Part shown: piece by piece, positions 1 through 12,515 of the stretch
How positions within the stretch are numbered: the stretch's first letter is position 1
Layout: every line of letters starts with the position of its first letter
Assembly (NCBI GenBank): GCA_965153355.1
Contig: OZ231126.1
Location: 35,526,001-35,590,000, forward strand
DNA: 64,000 nt
From: Flaccisagitta enflata
Lineage: Eukaryota
Reading direction: 5' to 3'
Made by a program: the position numbers and the translations under genes
Notes under the pieces: generated by a model
Told to the model about the DNA's origin: nothing
The model's input: the letters and a program-made list of their open reading frames with translations, nothing else
Database searches by the model: none

Positions 1-1965
1 GATTTATGACGTGTATGTGTCATTGATTTATGACGTGTATGTGTCATTGATTTATGACGTGTATGTGTCATTGATTTATGACGTACATGTGTCATTGATT
101 TATGACGTACATGTGTCATTGATTTATGACGTGTATGTGTCATTGATTTATGACGTGTATGTGTCATTGATTTATGACGTGTATGTGTCATTGATTTATG
201 ACGTGTATGTGTCATTGATTTATGACGTGTATGTGTCATTGATTTATGACGTGTATGTGTCATTGATTTATGACGTGTATGTGTCATTGATTTATGACGT
301 GTATGTGTCATTGATTTATGACGTGTATGTGTCATTGATTTATGACGTGTATGTGTCATTGATTTATGACGTGTATGTGTCATTGATTTATGACGTGTAT
401 GTGTCATTGATTTATGACGTGTATGTGTCACTGATTTATGACGTGTATGTGTCACTGATTTATGACGTGTATGTGTCACTGATTTATGACGTGTATGTCA
501 GATTTATGACGTGTATGTGTCACTGATTTATGACGTGTATGTGTCACTGATTTACGACGTGTATGTGTCATTGATTTACGACGTGTATGTGTCATTGATT
601 TACGACGTGTATGTGTCATTGATTTACGACGTGTATGTGTCATTGATTTATGACGTGTATGTGTCATTGATTTATGACGTGTATGTGTCATTGATTTATG
701 ACGTACATGTGTCATTGATTTATGACGTACATGTGTCATTGATTTATGACGTACATGTGTCATTGATTTATGACGTGTATGTGTCATTGATTTATGACGT
801 GTATGTGTCATTGATTTATGACGTGTATGTGTCATTGATTTATGACGTGTATGTGTCATTGATTTATGACGTGTATGTGTCATTGATTTATGACGTGTAT
901 GTGTCACTGATTTATGACGTGTATGTGTCACTGATTTATGACGTGTATGTGTCACTGATTTATGACGTGTATGTCAGATTTATGACGTGTATGTGTCACT
1001 GATTTATGACGTGTATGTGTCACTGATTTACGACGTGTATGTGTCATTGATTTACGACGTGTATGTGTCATTGATTTACGACGTGTATGTGTCATTGATT
1101 TACGACGTGTATGTGTCATTGATTTACGACGTGTATGTGTCATTGATTTACGGCGTGTATGTGTCATTGATTTACGGCGTGTATGTGTCATTGATTTACG
1201 ACGTGTATGTGTCATTGATTTACGACGTGTATGTGTCATTGATTTACGACGTGTATGTGTCATTGATTTATAACATACATGTGTCATTGATTTATGACGT
1301 ACGTGTGTCATTGATTTATGACGTACGTGTGTCATTGATTTATGACGTACGTGTGTCATTGATTTATGACGTACGTGTGTCATTGATTTATGACGTACGT
1401 GTGTCATTGATTTATGACGTACGTGTGTCATTGATTTATGACGTACGTGTGTCATTGATTTATGACGTACGTGTGTCATTGATTTATGACGTACGTGTGT
1501 CATTGATTTATGACGTACGTGTGTCATTGATTTATGACGTACGTGTGTCATTGATTTATGACGTACGTGTGTCATTGATTTATGACGTACGTGTGTCATT
1601 GATTTATGACGTACGTGTGTCATTGATTTATGACGTACGTGTGTCATTGATTTATGACGTACGTGTGTCATTGATTTATGACGTACGTGTGTCATTGATT
1701 TATGACGTACGTGTGTCATTGATTTATGACGTACGTGTGTCATTGATTTATGACGTACGTGTGTCATTGATTTATGACGTACGTGTGTCATTGATTTATG
1801 ACGTACGTGTGTCATTGATTTATGACGTACGTGTGTCATTGATTTATGACGTACGTGTGTCATTGATTTATGACGTACGTGTGTGTCATTGATTTATGAC
1901 GTACGTGTGTGTCATTGATTTATGACGTACGTGTGTGTCATTGATTTATGACGTACGTGTGTGTC
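1..1965. repeat. 24-bp tandem satellite, consensus GTGTCATTGATTTATGACGTGTAT (continues past window start)
   Basis: About 80 near-identical units (VSLIYDVY in the ORF track). The variant ending GTACGT dominates 1290-1860 and 26-bp units occur at the end. Short 20-bp units at about 495 and 971 define a 476-bp higher-order block. Confidence 0.97.
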
Positions 1966-2138
1966 AAATATGGCCCCTCCCCACCCGCACGTGACCGGGG
2001 TAGCCGTGTATCTGGCCTTGTTGCATTGAAAAATGAATGTCACAATATGATTTACTTGTGTTGTTATGTCATTTACTTAGGTGTGACAATTGTTTTTTAA
2101 GCAACATACATGTCATTTTCTTTCCCTGTTGTCATTAG

Positions 2139-5100
2139 GTCTCGGCGGTGGAGAGCGAAGTTGATGATGACACCGCATTTCTTGATCAGCCCCATACTAA
2201 AAGAGATACAGCCCTTGCGGCTAACGACGCTTTTTCAACTGATGGAGAGTATCCTGAGATTCCGCCTGAGTTTGACACTTATCTTCGAGACACTCGTCAC
2301 TTGACCATACGCTCTAGAAAGAATTACATACCAAAGGTCAGACACTTTTTGGGTTACGTCGAAAAGACTACCAAACAACCGGCCCGTTTGGAGGAGGCGT
2401 GGAATGTTAATCTTGTGACAAAGTTTTTCATTGTTCTCAAGAAGCTCTACTGCCCGAGCACAATCATGACTTACTGGGCTTCTCAGCGGTGCATTCGCGA
2501 TTATCTGGCCATTGACGTGCGCCGGTGTCCCACGAATTACAATCAAATCAATGAGCAATTCGAAATTCAATCGAAAGCTGGCGGGAGGCGAAGAACCCAG
2601 CACTTGAAAGTGAGGAAGGAGGAACGTTTGAATGATTCCGACGATCTCATTCGGGACATTTGGATTAACATCTATCATAATCCATACTATTGGGACAAGT
2701 TGAACAGTCTAATTGATGAATTCAAAGGGGAAGCGGAGGAGGACGAGGAGAAGGAAGCAAAGCCATTAAGACGCCTCACTCAGCATGAGTTCTGTTTCGT
2801 CATTGGTTTTTTGGCGTGGCTGATCATTTTTGTTAACATGAAACGAAGTGGAAACATCGGTCTGCTGAAACTTGAAAGTACCAGTAAAGCGTTGAATGAA
2901 TCTCTAACAGCGTTCATGGCAAGAAATAAAGGGGTGAGAATTTCCCAACTGCCACGCGTTATTGACCCTAAAGCGGTGGTGCCAGCAGTTTTTGAGGTTA
3001 AAGAAAGCATGAAGAAAAAGGAAACTGAATATTTTTGCGTGCTCAACCCCCGCGATCAAAGGTAGTGATTTTTTTTGGGGGGGGGGGACGTTTTATTGTG
3101 AAACTCATTGCGTCATTTTGTTATTTATGTTTTAAATAATGGATGTTTTTCCATTTTTACCGACTTTCATTTTTAACAATCTTTATTATGCAATTTTTAA
3201 TTTTTCAATTTTTTGTTCCCTCCCTGTCCATATACAGAGCTCTCCTTCAATATGTGGAGTATCTCAGGCCTAATGGCCCAGTGGAGCCGCAGTGCGATTC
3301 ATTCTTTGTCAATTGTCGTGGCAACGCCTTGGACAAAGTTATACCGTACCTCCAAACCATCAGCGAAGATGCAAAAATTCCCAACGTCACCATTATGAAA
3401 TTGCGATCTTTAATTGAAACCGATAACTTCTTCCAGTCGTCAGAATCGGCCACCATTTCCGGACACATGGGCCACAACATGCGTGATGCCCTTCAGTACT
3501 ATGTCTCCCCACAAAAGGAACACGCCGCCAATGCTGTGGCCAAAATCACTGAAATTTTGCAGGAACGGGGCGAGAAGAAATATGTAGCGCCAGTCAAGAC
3601 ATTATGGAATCCTGTAAGTGAATGGGTCTTAGCCAATTTTGACATTTTGTTTTCAAGCTTAAGTCGTGACGTTTGATTTTGAATATTCATATTGATATTG
3701 ATATAACCACAGAGATATCTATTTTGACAAATGATTGCAGCTTTATGACATTTTTTTGCTCATTCATTTTTTCGCGCGCTATGTGATTCTACTGTCTGTC
3801 CATTGGTCAGTCAGTAGGTTGGGATGATTTACTTTTTCGCGGTCTTCGGCCTTGCTATTGAAATTCTGTAAATGCACCCTTGACTTCAGATCTGGCCTTG
3901 GCGACTGGTGATGCCGTGAATACGGTCTTTTTTACATTGCCCCCAATCTTTTTTTTCTTTTTCCCTTTGCAGGCGAGATGGGAGAGTGACCATGAAGAAG
4001 ACAAAGATGGCAACACAGAGGGATCTTCCAAAACTTTCGGCCGTGGTTCTAAAAGTAGCAAGGGCTATCAAAATGTACGATCTGTTAATTGATGTCTATA
4101 GTGTCAATATTTTATCTCCTAGTTTGACCGACAGTTCATTTTGATATCCACGGCGTTTGTGCTGATTTCATTTGTTTACATTTGATTTCATTTTTCTCAG
4201 CTTTCCGCTGCCCTTTCCGTTCGAAGTGGTAAGGATACAGGAAAGAAAGCTATTGCGACAGAATCATCCAAATTCCGCGAATCTGCACGTGGCGCGAGCT
4301 CCAGTGTGAGTATTTGGGTTTGCATGTAATTACTCCTATTGTACTACTTGCTATTGTATTAGTCTACTGAATAAATTGACCTTTTATATCACGTTTATAT
4401 TTGCATTTTTTGTGACATGTACTATTCACGACGTATATCATTTATTTATAACATAACTGAATGACATATGACACGTCATTTGTTCCTGAAACATGTCATT
4501 TATTTATGTAATATATGTCATTTGTGATATATGTCGTTCATTCATGACCTATGTATGTTATTTATTTATGATAAAAGTCATTTATTTATGACGTGTCATC
4601 TATTCATGACGTGTATGTGTCATCTATTTATGACATGTTTGCGGTATTTATTTATGACATTTCATTAATTAACAACGTGTCAGTTATTTGGTGTGTGTCA
4701 TCTATCTATGACATGCATATGTCATTTATTTATGACGTGCATGTCATTTATTTATGACATGTATGTGTCATTTATCTATGACGTGTATCTGCCATTTATC
4801 TATGACGTGTATGTGTCATTTATTTATGACTTCTTTGTGTCATTTATTTATGACTTCTTTGTGTCATTTATTTATGACGTGTATGTGTCATTTATTTATG
4901 ATACGTATGTGTCATTTATTTGATACGTATGTGTCATTTATTTATGACGTGTATGTGTCATTGATTTATGACGTGTATGTGTCATTGATTTATGACGTGT
5001 ATGTGTCATTGATTTATGACGTGTATGTGTCATTGATTTATGATGTGTATGTGTCATTGATTTATGACGTGTATGTGTCATTGATTTATGACGTGTATGT

Positions 5101-8100
5101 GTCATTGATTTATGACGTGTATGTGTCATTGATTTATGACGTGTATGTGTCATTGATTTATGACGTGTATGTGTCATTGATTTATAACGTGTATGTGTCA
5201 TTGATTTATGACGTGTATGTGTCATTGATTTATGACGTGTATGTGTCATTGATTTATGACGTGTATGTGTCATTGATTTATGACGTGCATGTGTCATTGA
5301 TTTATGACGTGCATGTGACATTGATTTATGACGTGTATGTGTCATTGATTTATGACGTGTATGTGTCATTGATTTATGACGTGTATGTGTCATTGACTTA
5401 TGACGTGTATGTGTCATTGACTTATGACGTGTATGTGTCATTGACTTATGACGTGTATGTGTCATTGACTTATGACGTGTATGTGTCATTGACTTATGAC
5501 GTGTATGTGTCATTGACTTATGACGTGTATGTGTCATATGTTTAGGCTAATGCAAATCTTTGCATATGCCTACATTGTCCATTAATTTTGCAGATTGGCG
5601 TTTCCGTTCTGCGTGTGAGTGAAGATAAAGATGCCAAAATAAGTGTATTTCGCCAGAGAGACATTTGTTATAACATCAATGACTTGTATTCCCACTCTTC
5701 CCATTTATGCTCAGAATGTCACTACGCGCAAAAATCGCAAAAAGGGCGCGGCTTACAAGGATGCTGCTGCAATTGGATTATCTGAAAGTTCAAAGGTGAG
5801 CCCTTCATACGTTGACAGTTTTGAAATTCATCAGCTTATGATTGCACTGCATCAACATTGCATTGCACTGCACTGCGATTTGTGACATATTCTTTTGCTA
5901 AGAACAAGGCCGGATACAAGGCAGGGGCAGTAGTGCAATAACTGCTTGCAATGCAGGAATGGGACAGGCAGACGGACCGACCTGACAAGTTAGACCTGCG
6001 TCCGCGACTAAAGATTATTTCTCTCTCTGCTTTTCTACTGTACTAGAATGCCGCTGCTCACGAGGGTGACAAACAAGTCCTAGCGTATAAGGTTGCTTCT
6101 CTCTCTCCTCACGCCGGCGCGGCGCCGATTGAATCGGCAATGGGAGTCGAGGGGAAGTCGGCCTCTGGGTCTTCTGGAGGCCGACGACCCCCTTCTCAAG
6201 GACCAGGGGCACCTCCCAATGAACGTCCACTGACAAAATGCCTCAAGGTGACTGTTGTAGAGACTTTTCAGTTTATCAGTTTATGTCTGTAAGGGATTGT
6301 AGACATAGATGTTTCCAGTTGCTTGCAATGACGAATATATCATCCTAAGAATCGCAAATCCACTTTCCATTTTTGCACCAGGATGCCGCTGCTCGTGTGA
6401 GGGACAAAGACGGCAAGGCTGACATGTTGGTCGTGCTTAATGCATCAAAAATACCAAAGGTTAGTGCCAAACTTGGGATAATAAGACGATTTCTCAGTTA
6501 ATCAGCTTTAGTGCATCCCCTATCACGACAATTGAATTTGCATTTACAATGTTTTTTGCTCGCAGACCTATTTTCAGCAGATGGGTTTTATTTCTGTTAT
6601 TAATATTTGCTCAACCCTCCCTTCTTAGACTGCCACTCCTGACGCCCCTGAAAATGTCAACGAAGGTGACGACGGCGAGGATGATAACGACGAAGGCGAG
6701 GATGATGACAACGACGGTGAGGATGATAATAACGATGGCGAGGATGAAACCAACGAAGGCAAAGATGAATGTAACGAGGGCGAGGTTAGAAGTGACCCGT
6801 ATGAGACGAAAAAAACTGCCGGATCATCTGAAGTCTTCAAGGTGGGTTCCAGTGATTAAAACTCATTCACTCAGTGGCCTTTTTTTAGACTGACGAACAT
6901 TCATTGTCAACGCGGTTAGAATAATCTGTTAGGACATTTCTTTCACTGTTGGCCTACGATACCTGCCTTTCTCTCAGGATGCGGTTTCAATTACTTCCGA
7001 TGGAGCTGATAGTGATGAGAAGCCAGACGAAATTTCATCTAAAATTGTTCCGGTAAGCGGTCAATCGTGACTCAATGCCTATCATGACAGATATATGTAC
7101 TTATCACGATTATCTGTGCCTATCTTGAGTCAGACTAGAATCAACTGTAGCAATGACTCAAAAGTAGGGAAGCATCTCTATCAAGCTAGTTCTATATTTA
7201 CATGCTTGTCAAATGGCACAAGGCTGGATACACGGCCAATACCTGTCGCGGATGGGTGGGCAGGTGCGGATATGCGCGTTTTTGCTCTTTCTCAACTCCA
7301 TGACCTCTATGGACCTACTGACCAACGGATAGACAAGGCCTCTTATTGAGTCGCTAGTCCGTGACTAAAAACATTCATTTTTTATTCACTAAAGAATTCG
7401 GTTCCGGGAATTATCTTTATTACCCATTTTAATTGTGACTTTTTTTTTATCTTTTGCATCAGGCAAGCCTCGCCTCAGATGACTTTAATTTGGAGATTGA
7501 TGAACAAGTCTTTCCCACGGCTTTAGTGCGTAATGTCGCGGGCATGGATGTTAATATAACACATTTGAACATAACGGAGGTGAGAACTGACTAGCTTGAT
7601 GAATCGGTAATATCTACATCTAGCCGGCTATATGAGATGAGACTAATTGTGGCAGGTTCATGGTAATGAGACATTTTATTTTAAGTTTTATTCAACTGTG
7701 CTTTGTTTGCATTCACTAATTGTTAGTCCCTCTTGTTTTAGCTTTGAGCCATGTAATTTGTTATTTGACCTGTGGTTCCTTTCCTTACCTGCCCTTGTCT
7801 CTTTTAACAGCAAGGAGGACTTGGAGTGTCCGTTCCCATTGACGTTGATTGCTGCGAAGATTCGACTCATTCTTTGGTAAGGCTACATAAAACGTGGAAC
7901 AATATCCCTCACTATGCCCAAACTGGAGTAAATGGAAGAGGGCTTTGTGAGTTGCTGGCTACTTTACATGTACACCGCTCCTTGTTTTTCAACAAACAGA
8001 ATCTGAAACTTTCTTAATCTACCTCAAAAGGGAATGTTCCTTTTATTAACGTATATGAGACCAGTTTATTGAGCATCAAAATAATTTTCCCATACCTTCT

Positions 8101-9507
8101 TCCCCAATATGCAGACGCCGGTTGGATCTGCAAATCTGCAAATTATCTCTATCTCGCCAACAGTAATTGATCATGACTTCGATGGTGATTATCAGGTCAG
8201 TTTTGCGTCGGTCGTATACATTTGTACCTAAAGTGAAGTTTCTTGGTGACAAATTTTTTCTTCCTCAGTCAAAGCACCTCTAAAACTAACTCTGTCAATT
8301 TGTCGACCTGTCTGTCCGTAATGCACTTATGTAACGATCCACATGTCACACCTTATTGGCCTACTTGGCCCTGTTGATATGTCTATTCACAGCTGCCAGG
8401 CCCTTTTATTGGCACTATCATTCTAGATATTGCCTTCGTTTGCTTCCTTCCTTCCAATATTCTGTCACAATCTTCCTAATTTCATTTTCGACAGGCCACG
8501 TCTCGAACAGAAGTGATTCAACGATCCCCAGACGAGCAAGAAGAAACTGACTCCAGTTTTTTGCCTGGGAGTGGAAATTTGTCAAATCTAAGCAGCTCAA
8601 ATGAAACGAAAGAACTTCCACTGGTGAGTCAGTCGGTTATACATTACTTATGATGGTGGACAATGTTTGGGTCATGTGCAACTGAATTGTTCACTGTCTG
8701 TCCTTCTGTCCGTCTGTCACTAGCACTCTTTTTCTGTGTAAATTCAAAAGGCCATTGTCTTTATTCCCATTTGTATCATTCTTTTTTCCATTTGTATCTT
8801 TTTTTCTTGGTTATCTAAAAACCAGACCGCCTATTGATTTAGATGAAAATTTCATAATTATACAACACTATCCCCAGGTGCGGAAGGCCGATTCGCCAGC
8901 ATCTGTCATTGACAGTAAACGCTCCAAAGAATCTCTTCAGTCTCCGTCAACCATGCGGCAAGGGTCCTTAAAAGAAATGTTCGCCGCTCAAGCAGTACGC
9001 AAATTTTTATCTCCAACCCTCGATACGGCGACTTCATCTTCTACAGCCTCGGGAGAATTTACACAAGCAGCATCGACGTCGAAATCTACAGTAACTGCAG
9101 AAAACTCACCCTTAAAACGTGTGGCGAAAGCTGTGGTAACACCTGCAGCAAGACTCTCGGTAAAACCCCCGGTAAAACCCCCGGTAGAACCCCCGGTAAA
9201 ACCCCCGGTAAAACCCCCGGTAAAACTCCCGGTAAAACCCCCGGTAAAACCCCCGGTCAAACGCGTGGCCAATCCCGCGGCCAAATCCGCGGCCAAATCC
9301 GCGGCTAAATCCGCGGCCAAATCCGCGGCCAAGCCCGCGGCATCGACAGCCAAGACGTTGAAATCGATAGACTCATCAAACACGAGGGCGAAATCTTCTA
9401 CGTCCTCTTCTTCGTCCTCTGCTTCTTCGTCCTCTGCTTCTTCGTCCTCCGCTTCTTCATCTACTTCGTCATCTTCGAGCGGGCGCCGACTCCGTCCGCG
9501 CCCATAA
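2139..9507 (+). CDS. Spliced tyrosine recombinase (lambda-integrase fold, Crypton-type) with long low-complexity C-terminal tail; 5'-partial, 15 exons, about 1075 aa
   Basis: Hand-built exons, all AG/GT bounded and in frame: 2139-3061, 3238-3613, 3973-4074, 4201-4305, 5594-5644 (donor least certain), 5715-5795, 6047-6247, 6382-6459, 6629-6841, 6978-7052, 7463-7579, 7811-7876, 8115-8195, 8495-8623, 8878-9507 (TAA). Exon 1 has a SAM-like segment FDTYLRDTRHLTIRSRKNYIPKVRHFLGYV and the first catalytic Arg in NMKRSGNI (2844). Exon 2 has YVEYLRP, FFVNCRG, TIMKLRSLIET (second Arg, 3404) and ISGHMGHNMRDALQYY (His, Tyr nucleophile). The domain call is more secure than the small tail exons. Confidence 0.8.
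4690..5537. repeat. Intronic copy of the 24-bp GTGTCATTGATTTATGACGTGTAT satellite
   Basis: Same unit as 1-1965, lying in intron 4 of the recombinase gene; grades into degenerate units from about 4400. Confidence 0.95.
5902..6012 (-). mobile_element. Short HINE/DINE-1-like (Helentron-associated) repeat copy
   Basis: AACAAGGCCGGATACA... to ...CGCGACTAAA, matching the ends of fuller copies at 44016-44180 and 46360-46570. Similar fragments occur at about 1969-2022, 7218-7370 and 8300-8375. Confidence 0.6.
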
Positions 9508-9588
9508 GCTACCCTCGTTTTGAAAATTACTCGTCTTCCATTGTTGCAACCGTTTTTTGGTTCCGTTTTCGCTTTTGTTATTTGCTAA

Positions 9589-9594
9589 AATAAA
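9589..9594 (+). promoter_or_regulatory. Probable polyadenylation signal of the recombinase gene
   Basis: AATAAA about 80 nt after the TAA stop at 9507, followed by T/GT-rich sequence. Confidence 0.5.
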
Positions 9595-9874
9595 CGCGAT
9601 TGTTCTTGTTCTAACAGTTGTCCACAATTATTAACTCAAATTTTTTTTTTGGCAGTCAAAATCGAGTACCACCAAAGCTTCTACAGTAAATGAGCTAACA
9701 AATTATACAACCATCCCGTACACAGACCATTTAAAAAATATATTTTGTCTAGTTTATACAGTACTTTATGCACTAGGTAATAATTGAATAACACAACTGT
9801 GCCCAATCTAACAACGTACAAAAAATGGCATTTATTGGTATAGGTTAGTTAAACTATGTGCATATTTTGACCAA

Positions 9875-12515
9875 TATGTGACATAAAATTACGGCTAATG
9901 TGACATACAATTATGACTTATATATGACTTGTTATTATGACAAATACATGACATAAGATTATGAATAATACTCGATTAAGATTAATTTGTGCTATAATTG
10001 TATGTCACAAATGCCAAAATCATGTCACATATAGTCAGTCTTATGTCACATATAGCCATAATCTTATGTCACAAATTAATCATATATCAAATTTAAGTCA
10101 TGTCACATATTAGTCGTAATCTCAACTGGTATGTGAGGTATGAATATGATTAACATGTGACTTATGGTTATGACTAATATGTGACCTACAAACATTTGTA
10201 GACTATTATGTGACATGCGGTTATAACTGACTTATTATGTAAGATTATGACTGTATGTCACAAAAGATTGACTAATATATGAATTAATATCATGACTGAA
10301 ATGTGACATGATGATTATGGCTGATAAGTGACATTTTAATGTCACTGATATATTTAGATTATGACTGATATGTGACCTAAGATTATGGCTACTATGTGAC
10401 ATAAAATTATGGTTGATATGTGACATAAGATGGCCTGATATGTGACCTTTAATTATGACTAATGTGTGACATAAGATTGTGACCACTATGTGACATAAGA
10501 TTAAAGTTGATATGTGACATAGGATTTTGACTAATGCTATAAAAGATAATCAGTTGGTGACATGATATGTGACATAGGATTATGTCTGTGACTTTTAATT
10601 ATGACAATATGTGATATAAAATTATGACCAATATGTGACATAAGATTGACTGATACGTGACATAAGGTTATAACTGATATGTGACAAAAGATTATGGCTG
10701 AAATGTGACCTTAAATTATGTTTAACATGTGACAAAAGGTTAGTACTGACTAATGTGACAAATTATTATAACTGACATGTGACAAAAGATAATTGTCATG
10801 TGACATAAGATTATGTCTGAATGACATATGATTATGATTAATATGTGACATAAGATTATGACTTATGCGTGACATAAGATTATAGCTGATATGCGACATA
10901 AGATTAAGACTAACATGTGACATAAGATTATGAGTATTACATGACATAAAATTATGTTTGATATGTGACATAATATTATGACTGATATGTGACATGAGAT
11001 TATGGCTGATGTCTGACATAAGATTATGGCTGATGTGTGACAAAAGATTACGACTGACATGTGACATAAGATTGTCTGACATGTGACATAAAATTATGAC
11101 AATATGTGACATAAGATTATGACAAGTATGTGACTTAAGATTTTTTATTATTATGTGACATAAGATTATAACTAACATGTGACATAAGTTTATAACTAAC
11201 GTGTGTCATAACATTATAACTAACATGTGACATATTATTATAACTGATATGTGACAAAAGATTACAACTGACATGAGACGAAAGATTATAACCGACATGT
11301 GACATAAAATTGTAACTGGCATTTGACATAAGATTATGAGTGACATAAGATTATGGCAGATGTGTGACATAAGATTGTGGCTGATATGTGACATAAGATT
11401 ATGTTTGATGTGTGACATAAGATTATGACTAATGCGTGACATAAGATTATAGCTGATATGCGACATAAGATTAAGACTAATATGTGACATAAGATTATGA
11501 GTATTACGTGACTTAAAATTATAATTGACATTTGACATAAGATTATAATTTATTTGTGACATAAAATTATAACTGATATGTGACATAATATTATGACTGA
11601 TATGTGACATAAGATTATGGCTGATGTGTGACAAAAGATTACGACTGACATGTGACATAATATTGTCTGATATGTGACATAAGATTATGACCAATATGTG
11701 ACATAAGATTATGACTAGTATGTGACATGAAATTTTTAATTGATATATGACATAAGATTATAACCAACATGTGACATAAGTTTATAACTAACATGTGACA
11801 TAATATTATGACTGATATGTGACCAAAGATTATAACTGACATGAGACAAAAGATTATAACCAACATGTGACATAAATTTATAACTGATATTTGATATAAG
11901 ATTATGAGTGATATGTGAAATAAGATTATGGCAGATATGTGACATAAGATTGCGGCTGATATGTGACATAAGATTGCGGCTGATATGTGACATAAGATTA
12001 TGGCTGATGTGTGACATAAGATTATGACTAGTGCGTGACATAAGATTATAGCTGATATGTGATATAAGGTTAAGATTAATATGTGACATAAGATTATGAG
12101 TATCATGTGATATAAAATTATAATTGACATGTGACATAAAATTTTAATTGACATGTGACATAAAATTATAATTGATATGTGACATAAGATTATAATTAAT
12201 ATGTGACATAAAATTATAACTGACATGTGACATAATATTATGACTGATATCTGACACAAGATTATGGCTGATGTGTGACATAAGATTGTCTGATATGTGA
12301 CATAAGATTATGACCAATATGTGAGATAAGATTATGACTAGTATGTGACATAAGATTATGACTAGTATGTGACATAAGATTATGACTAGTATGTGACATA
12401 AGATTATAACTGGCATGTGACTTAAAATTATAATTGGCATGTGACACAAGATTATAGCTGATGTGTGACATAAGATTATGACTAATATGTGACATAAGAT
12501 TATGACTGATATGTC
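9875..12515. repeat. Degenerate 24-bp satellite, conserved core TGTGACATAAGATTAT plus variable 8 nt
   Basis: About 100 units. A higher-order landmark GCGTGACATAAGATTATAGCTGATATG recurs at about 10867, 11434 and 12033. A short inverted patch lies at about 9997-10120. Confidence 0.93.

Noticed and set aside
11-1892. Repetitive ORFs (VSLIYDVY / MTHTRHKS) and equivalents at 4754-5545 and 10235-12495
   Set aside because: Stop-free readings of a 24-bp satellite that are open on both strands; not evidence of coding.
1-12515. 24-bp arrays as a CRISPR-like repeat-spacer locus next to an integrase
   Set aside because: Units abut directly with no unique spacers, the variable 8 nt are related variants, no cas genes are present, and the context is intron-containing eukaryotic DNA.
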